A stretch of 64,000 nt of DNA. Source: Bacillota bacterium. Lineage in GTDB: Bacteria > Bacillota > Sulfobacillia > JAJZYS01 > JAJZLH01. A program made the position numbers and the translations under genes. Positions within the stretch are counted from its first letter, which is position 1, and every line of letters begins with the position of its first letter. The notes below the pieces were generated by a model, which made no database searches, was not told where the DNA came from, and worked only from the letters and a program-made list of their open reading frames with translations. Below are positions 60,681 to 64,000 of this stretch, piece by piece. The stretch spans positions 1,953 to 65,952 of the forward strand of contig JAKAUI010000035.1 of NCBI GenBank assembly GCA_021827745.1. Reading direction: 5' to 3'.

Positions 60681-61673
60681 GTGAAGCGGAGATCGGGAGG
60701 TGGCGGTGTGGGTGAGATCGCCCCGGTGCGGAAGCGGCGGAGATGGCCGTGGTGGGTGGCTGGGGTCGCTGTCTTGTGTGTGGCGCTGGTGCTCTACTCA
60801 GGACTGGTGGTCTTCAGTCTGACCCATCCCAGCCGGGACGTGCTGAGGACCAATCCCGGCCTGTGGGGACTGAGCTATCAAAACGTGACCTTCCCCAGCC
60901 GCGCGGGCGGCCTGCAGCTTCAGGGCTGGTGGATTCCCAGCCCCGGCGCCAAGCTGACCGTGGTGCTGGCCCACGGCTATTCGTCCAACCGGGCGATGGA
61001 CAGCCTGCCCGGGCTCGCCCTGGCGTCGGCGCTGCACAACATGGGCGCCAATGTCCTGATGTTCGACTTTCGAGCCGAGGGCGCTTCACCCGGGACCGAG
61101 GTCACGGTCGGGGTCAAGGAGCAGTGGGACCTGGTTGGAGCGGTCGAGGCGGCCCGCAGCACCTTTGCCCCAGGCGTGCCGGTGGCGGTGATCGGCTATT
61201 CGATGGGGGCGTCGACGGCGCTTTTGGCCGCTGAAGACGATCCGAATGTGGTGGCGGTGGTGGCGGACAGTCCGTTCGCCAATCTGAAGACCTACCTGGA
61301 GGCGAACCTTCCGGTCTGGACCCACCTGCCGGCCGTGCCGTTCAATGCCATCATCATGGCGATCTTGCCGATCGTCTCTGGCGCCCACGCCAGCCAGGCC
61401 GATCCGCTGGCTGGGCTGGCCAAGCTCGGATCGCGGCCGGTGCTGCTGATCGCGGGGCTCAAAGACCAGCTGATCCCGTATCAGAATTCTGTGCTGTTGT
61501 ACAACACAGCCAAGAAGACAGACCCCAACGCCTCACTCTGGCTGGTGCCGATGGCCCTGCACACCGAGTCGTTCAAGCTGCAGCCGGTGGCCTATCTGAC
61601 CCATCTCTACACCTTCTTGCATCCGTTCGACGGCGCGCTGAAGGCGCCGGTGCTCTCTCCGGCCGGCCTCTAG
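60681..61673 (+). CDS. Membrane-anchored alpha/beta hydrolase
   Basis: N-terminal TM segment WWVAGVAVLCVALVLYSGLVVF. VVLAHGYSSN, nucleophile elbow GYSMGAS, VADSPFA. Start uncertain. Confidence 0.75.
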   Translation: MKRRSGGGGVGEIAPVRKRRRWPWWVAGVAVLCVALVLYSGLVVFSLTHPSRDVLRTNPGLWGLSYQNVTFPSRAGGLQLQGWWIPSPGAKLTVVLAHGYSSNRAMDSLPGLALASALHNMGANVLMFDFRAEGASPGTEVTVGVKEQWDLVGAVEAARSTFAPGVPVAVIGYSMGASTALLAAEDDPNVVAVVADSPFANLKTYLEANLPVWTHLPAVPFNAIIMAILPIVSGAHASQADPLAGLAKLGSRPVLLIAGLKDQLIPYQNSVLLYNTAKKTDPNASLWLVPMALHTESFKLQPVAYLTHLYTFLHPFDGALKAPVLSPAGL

Positions 61674-61674
61674 C

Positions 61675-62616
61675 TCAGTCTTCGCTCCTAAACTCGGCGG
61701 CTTGGGCGTCTAAGTCCTCGAAGGTGAGGTCGTCGAGATCGCCCTGGGCCAGAGCCCAATCAACCACGCGCTGTGGAGCGAGCGTGTGGATGTGCACCTT
61801 GACGGTTGTGTCGTCACCGACCACCAACAGCGAGTTGCCCATGTCCTGAAGCGCTGCCCGCATGGCGGCTAGGTCGAGACCGCTGCCGCGCTGCACGTAT
61901 TGCACCTCATAGCCCCAGTGGGCGCCTTTAGCTGGCGTCGGCGCCTTGAGCGCTCCTCCCTGGGCCACCTGGATGCCTAGGCGCGCCGTCTGCAGGTCCA
62001 GCTGATGGGCCGCATCTTGGCGGCCAAGGGCGTCGTGCATGGCGGACAGAATGAAGGCCAGGCCCAGGCCGCCGGCATCGACGACGCCGTCTTTGGCGAG
62101 CTTAGGAAACAGGCGCGGCCCGTCCGCCACCGCCGCCCGGGCGCTGGCGGTGACGCCGGACAAGAACTCCGGCAGGCGGGCGTTCTTCAATCCCTGGGCC
62201 GTCTCGGCCACCGAGCGGATCACAGTCAGGATGGTGCCTTCGACCGGTTCTGCCACGGCGCGATAGGCCAGCTCGCTCGAGCGGGCGAAGGCGGTGGCCA
62301 GATCTGCCGGCGTGAACACCTCAAGGTCCTTTAGGGTCTGGCCCATGCCGGCCAGGATCTGGGACAGGATGATGCCGGAGTTGCCCCGGGCCGACAAAAG
62401 GGCGGCCCGTGCCGCTCGCTGCGCGACGTGACCCGCCACCGGGTCTGGTGCGGCTGCCGCCTCAGCGGCAGCGGTCATGGTGAAGGCCATGTTGGTGCCG
62501 GAGTCGCCGTCCGGCACCGGGAAGGTATTGATCCTGTTCAGGTGGTCGCGTTCTTGGACCAGGCGTTCCGCACCCGCCCAGTACAGTCGGCTCAGGACGA
62601 ATCCATCGTGGTCCAC
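61675..62616 (-). CDS. DAK2-domain protein (FakA/YloV-like N-terminal and middle domains only)
   Basis: ORF 61675..63114 trimmed to GTG 62616, 8 nt after GGGGAGGG. INTFPVPDGDSGTNM, ARGNSGIILSQ, GVVDAGGLG, LLVVGDDTTVKVHIHT. 313 aa. Confidence 0.8.
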   Translation of the reverse strand: MDHDGFVLSRLYWAGAERLVQERDHLNRINTFPVPDGDSGTNMAFTMTAAAEAAAAPDPVAGHVAQRAARAALLSARGNSGIILSQILAGMGQTLKDLEVFTPADLATAFARSSELAYRAVAEPVEGTILTVIRSVAETAQGLKNARLPEFLSGVTASARAAVADGPRLFPKLAKDGVVDAGGLGLAFILSAMHDALGRQDAAHQLDLQTARLGIQVAQGGALKAPTPAKGAHWGYEVQYVQRGSGLDLAAMRAALQDMGNSLLVVGDDTTVKVHIHTLAPQRVVDWALAQGDLDDLTFEDLDAQAAEFRSED

Positions 62617-62648
62617 GCTGCCTGCCCTCCCCGATGCGAGCTTGGATC

Positions 62649-63509
62649 CTAGAGCGGGAGATAGGCCATCCCGACCGTGCCGGGCCCCAGATGGACGGCG
62701 GCGGTGGGGCCGATCTGCCAGAGGTCGAGTTCCTGCGGGTGGTAGAGGTGCTCGATCCGATCTCGGATCGCCTCTGCCTCCTCCAGACAGGCGAAATGGT
62801 CGACGGCCACCAACAGCGGATTGCCACGCACATAGCCCAGTTCCTGCAGATCGGCGTCCATCCAGTGGAACAGCCGGTCGATCGAGGCCGCTCTCTTGTC
62901 GGCCCGGTCGATCTCCATCCAGCCCTTCTCCCAGATCCGAAAGATGGGCAGTCCTTCGTCGCTCTCGGGTACAGCGTCTCCCTGGTAGCGGCCTCCGGCC
63001 TTGGCAAAGGAGCGATACATGGAGGCCACCACCATCTTCACCCTCGGCAGGAGGTGCTCGGCGAGCGCCACGACCTGGTCGCGGCTCTGTCCGCTCTGGG
63101 CGGCCCGGGCGCACTGCCGAACCACTAGGCCCATCGCCGCCAGGATGGTCTGGGCGTTGATCACGGTGACCGAACCGCCCTCCAGAAGTTCGGAGGCTGC
63201 ATTCGCACCGGCGAAGGTTGCGGACAAGAGCGGAGAGATCGACAGCGCCACCAGCTCCGGCGCCAGGGGCAGAGCCTTCTCGTAGGCCTCCAGCCAGTCG
63301 GCCGCCGTGGCTGCAGAGGTGGTGAGGCGGGTCTTGCCGGCCAGCATGATCGCATTGGCCTCATCGATCGACATGTCGAGCCGGTCCCGGTAGCTGCGGT
63401 CCTCGGCCTGGATGTGGACCGGTGCCAGAGGGATGCCCAGTGCGGCAAGCAGCGGGTCCGGAAGATCGCACGTCGAGTCGGACACGACGGCCACCAACTG
63501 TCGGGACAT
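62649..63509 (-). CDS. DegV-family fatty-acid-binding protein (FakB-like)
   Basis: ORF trimmed to ATG 63509 (RBS AAGGGAGG). VAVVSDSTCDLP, TTSAATAADWLEAYE, IGPTAAVHLGPGTVGMAY. Confidence 0.85.
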   Translation of the reverse strand: MSRQLVAVVSDSTCDLPDPLLAALGIPLAPVHIQAEDRSYRDRLDMSIDEANAIMLAGKTRLTTSAATAADWLEAYEKALPLAPELVALSISPLLSATFAGANAASELLEGGSVTVINAQTILAAMGLVVRQCARAAQSGQSRDQVVALAEHLLPRVKMVVASMYRSFAKAGGRYQGDAVPESDEGLPIFRIWEKGWMEIDRADKRAASIDRLFHWMDADLQELGYVRGNPLLVAVDHFACLEEAEAIRDRIEHLYHPQELDLWQIGPTAAVHLGPGTVGMAYLPL

Positions 63510-63511
63510 GC

Positions 63512-64000
63512 TCAGGCCTCCCTTGTGCTCAACTGGCCGAGGGACTCCGAAATGTGGTCCACGAGGTGTCCGCGCACCGCCTGGGCGGCGTGGCCGACCA
63601 GCCGGGCGATATCCTGGGCCGTGCTGCGGCCGTGGCCCGGCACCGCCACCCCGCGCACGCCCAGCAGGAGCAGGGGGTCCGGCGACTGGGTCGCGTCCTG
63701 CATCGGTGCGAGATGATGGCGCATCTGGCTGGCCGCCGCAGCCGGCAGCTGGTCGCTCAGCGAGCCGATCAGGCCGGCCAGACCCTCCATCCACTTGATC
63801 ATCAGGTTGCCGACAAAGCCCTCGGTCACCAAGACGTCGGCGCTGCCGGTCGGGATGTCAACCGGCTCCAGATACCCGACGAAGTTCAACCCGCTGTCTT
63901 GGAGCCTCGCCCTTGCCTCTGCGATCTCGGGTGTGCCCTTGCCCTCCTCGACGCCGTTGCAGAGAAGGGCGACCCGGGGCCGGGCAAGGCCGCGCACCGC
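63512..64000 (-). CDS. plsX: Phosphate acyltransferase PlsX. Only the C-terminal part is present; the gene continues past the window end.
   Basis: RVALLCNGVEEGKG, NFVGYLEPVDIPTGSADVLVTEGFVGNLMIKWMEG. The stop lies 2 nt before the degV start. Confidence 0.85.
   Translation of the reverse strand, partial: AVRGLARPRVALLCNGVEEGKGTPEIAEARARLQDSGLNFVGYLEPVDIPTGSADVLVTEGFVGNLMIKWMEGLAGLIGSLSDQLPAAAASQMRHHLAPMQDATQSPDPLLLLGVRGVAVPGHGRSTAQDIARLVGHAAQAVRGHLVDHISESLGQLSTREA

Noticed and set aside
1-64000. CRISPR arrays, rRNA genes, group II introns, retron/DGR-like repeats
   Set aside because: Reading both strands showed no regularly spaced direct repeats, no rRNA-like segments, and no reverse-transcriptase or Cas-like ORFs. 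This was a visual scan only, not a computed repeat search.

Overview
A 64-kb stretch of a high-GC bacterial chromosome (roughly mid-60s % GC by eye). It has strong GGAGG-type ribosome-binding sites, CCA-encoding tRNA genes and very frequent 1-4 nt start/stop overlaps (ATGA/GTGA/TGATG). All protein-family calls come from motif recognition in the translations; no database search was run. Most of the window is core metabolism. In order: (1) a TPP-riboswitch-controlled thiD-tenA-cytX-like operon on the minus strand; (2) an SRPBCC-methyltransferase fusion; (3) an HTH+PBP regulator with a WtpA-type tungstate/molybdate binding protein and a fused permease-ATPase-TOBE gene; (4) AceE-type pyruvate dehydrogenase E1-E2-E3; (5) lysine 2,3-aminomutase; (6) an APH-fold kinase-like gene with an altered catalytic loop, followed by two ATPase/permease ABC-2 pairs; (7) tRNA-Tyr and tRNA-Thr. 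About 8 kb around and after the tRNAs (about 19.45-27.5 kb) looks accessory. It holds short decayed fragments of several unrelated mobile elements, a PadR-DUF998 pair, a lipoprotein, prolyl aminopeptidase, an intact VapBC, and an AbrB/MazE-type antitoxin next to a decayed MazF gene. The rest is: ROK kinase plus cupin; a frameshifted GlcD-like FAD oxidase; a SHOCT protein; a G1 (eqolisin) glutamic peptidase; GH15; an ArsR-type regulator; an MhqO/MhqD-like pair; a ClC channel; a tandem HD-GYP protein; HxlR/YceI; gpsA-plsY-dac; MarR-HlyD-MFS-Roadblock; upp; EamA-dinB; enoyl-CoA hydratase plus three SDRs; a three-gene succinate dehydrogenase with an atypical single anchor; paaR-paaABCD-thioesterase with no paaE; an alpha/beta hydrolase; and plsX-degV-short DAK2 on the minus strand. 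I found no CRISPR array, rRNA gene or intact transposase, and no clearly novel multi-gene defence system. The most unusual candidates are the variant kinase plus double ABC-2 module, the truncated fatty-acid-kinase arrangement, the Sdh anchor and the paaE-less paa cluster.
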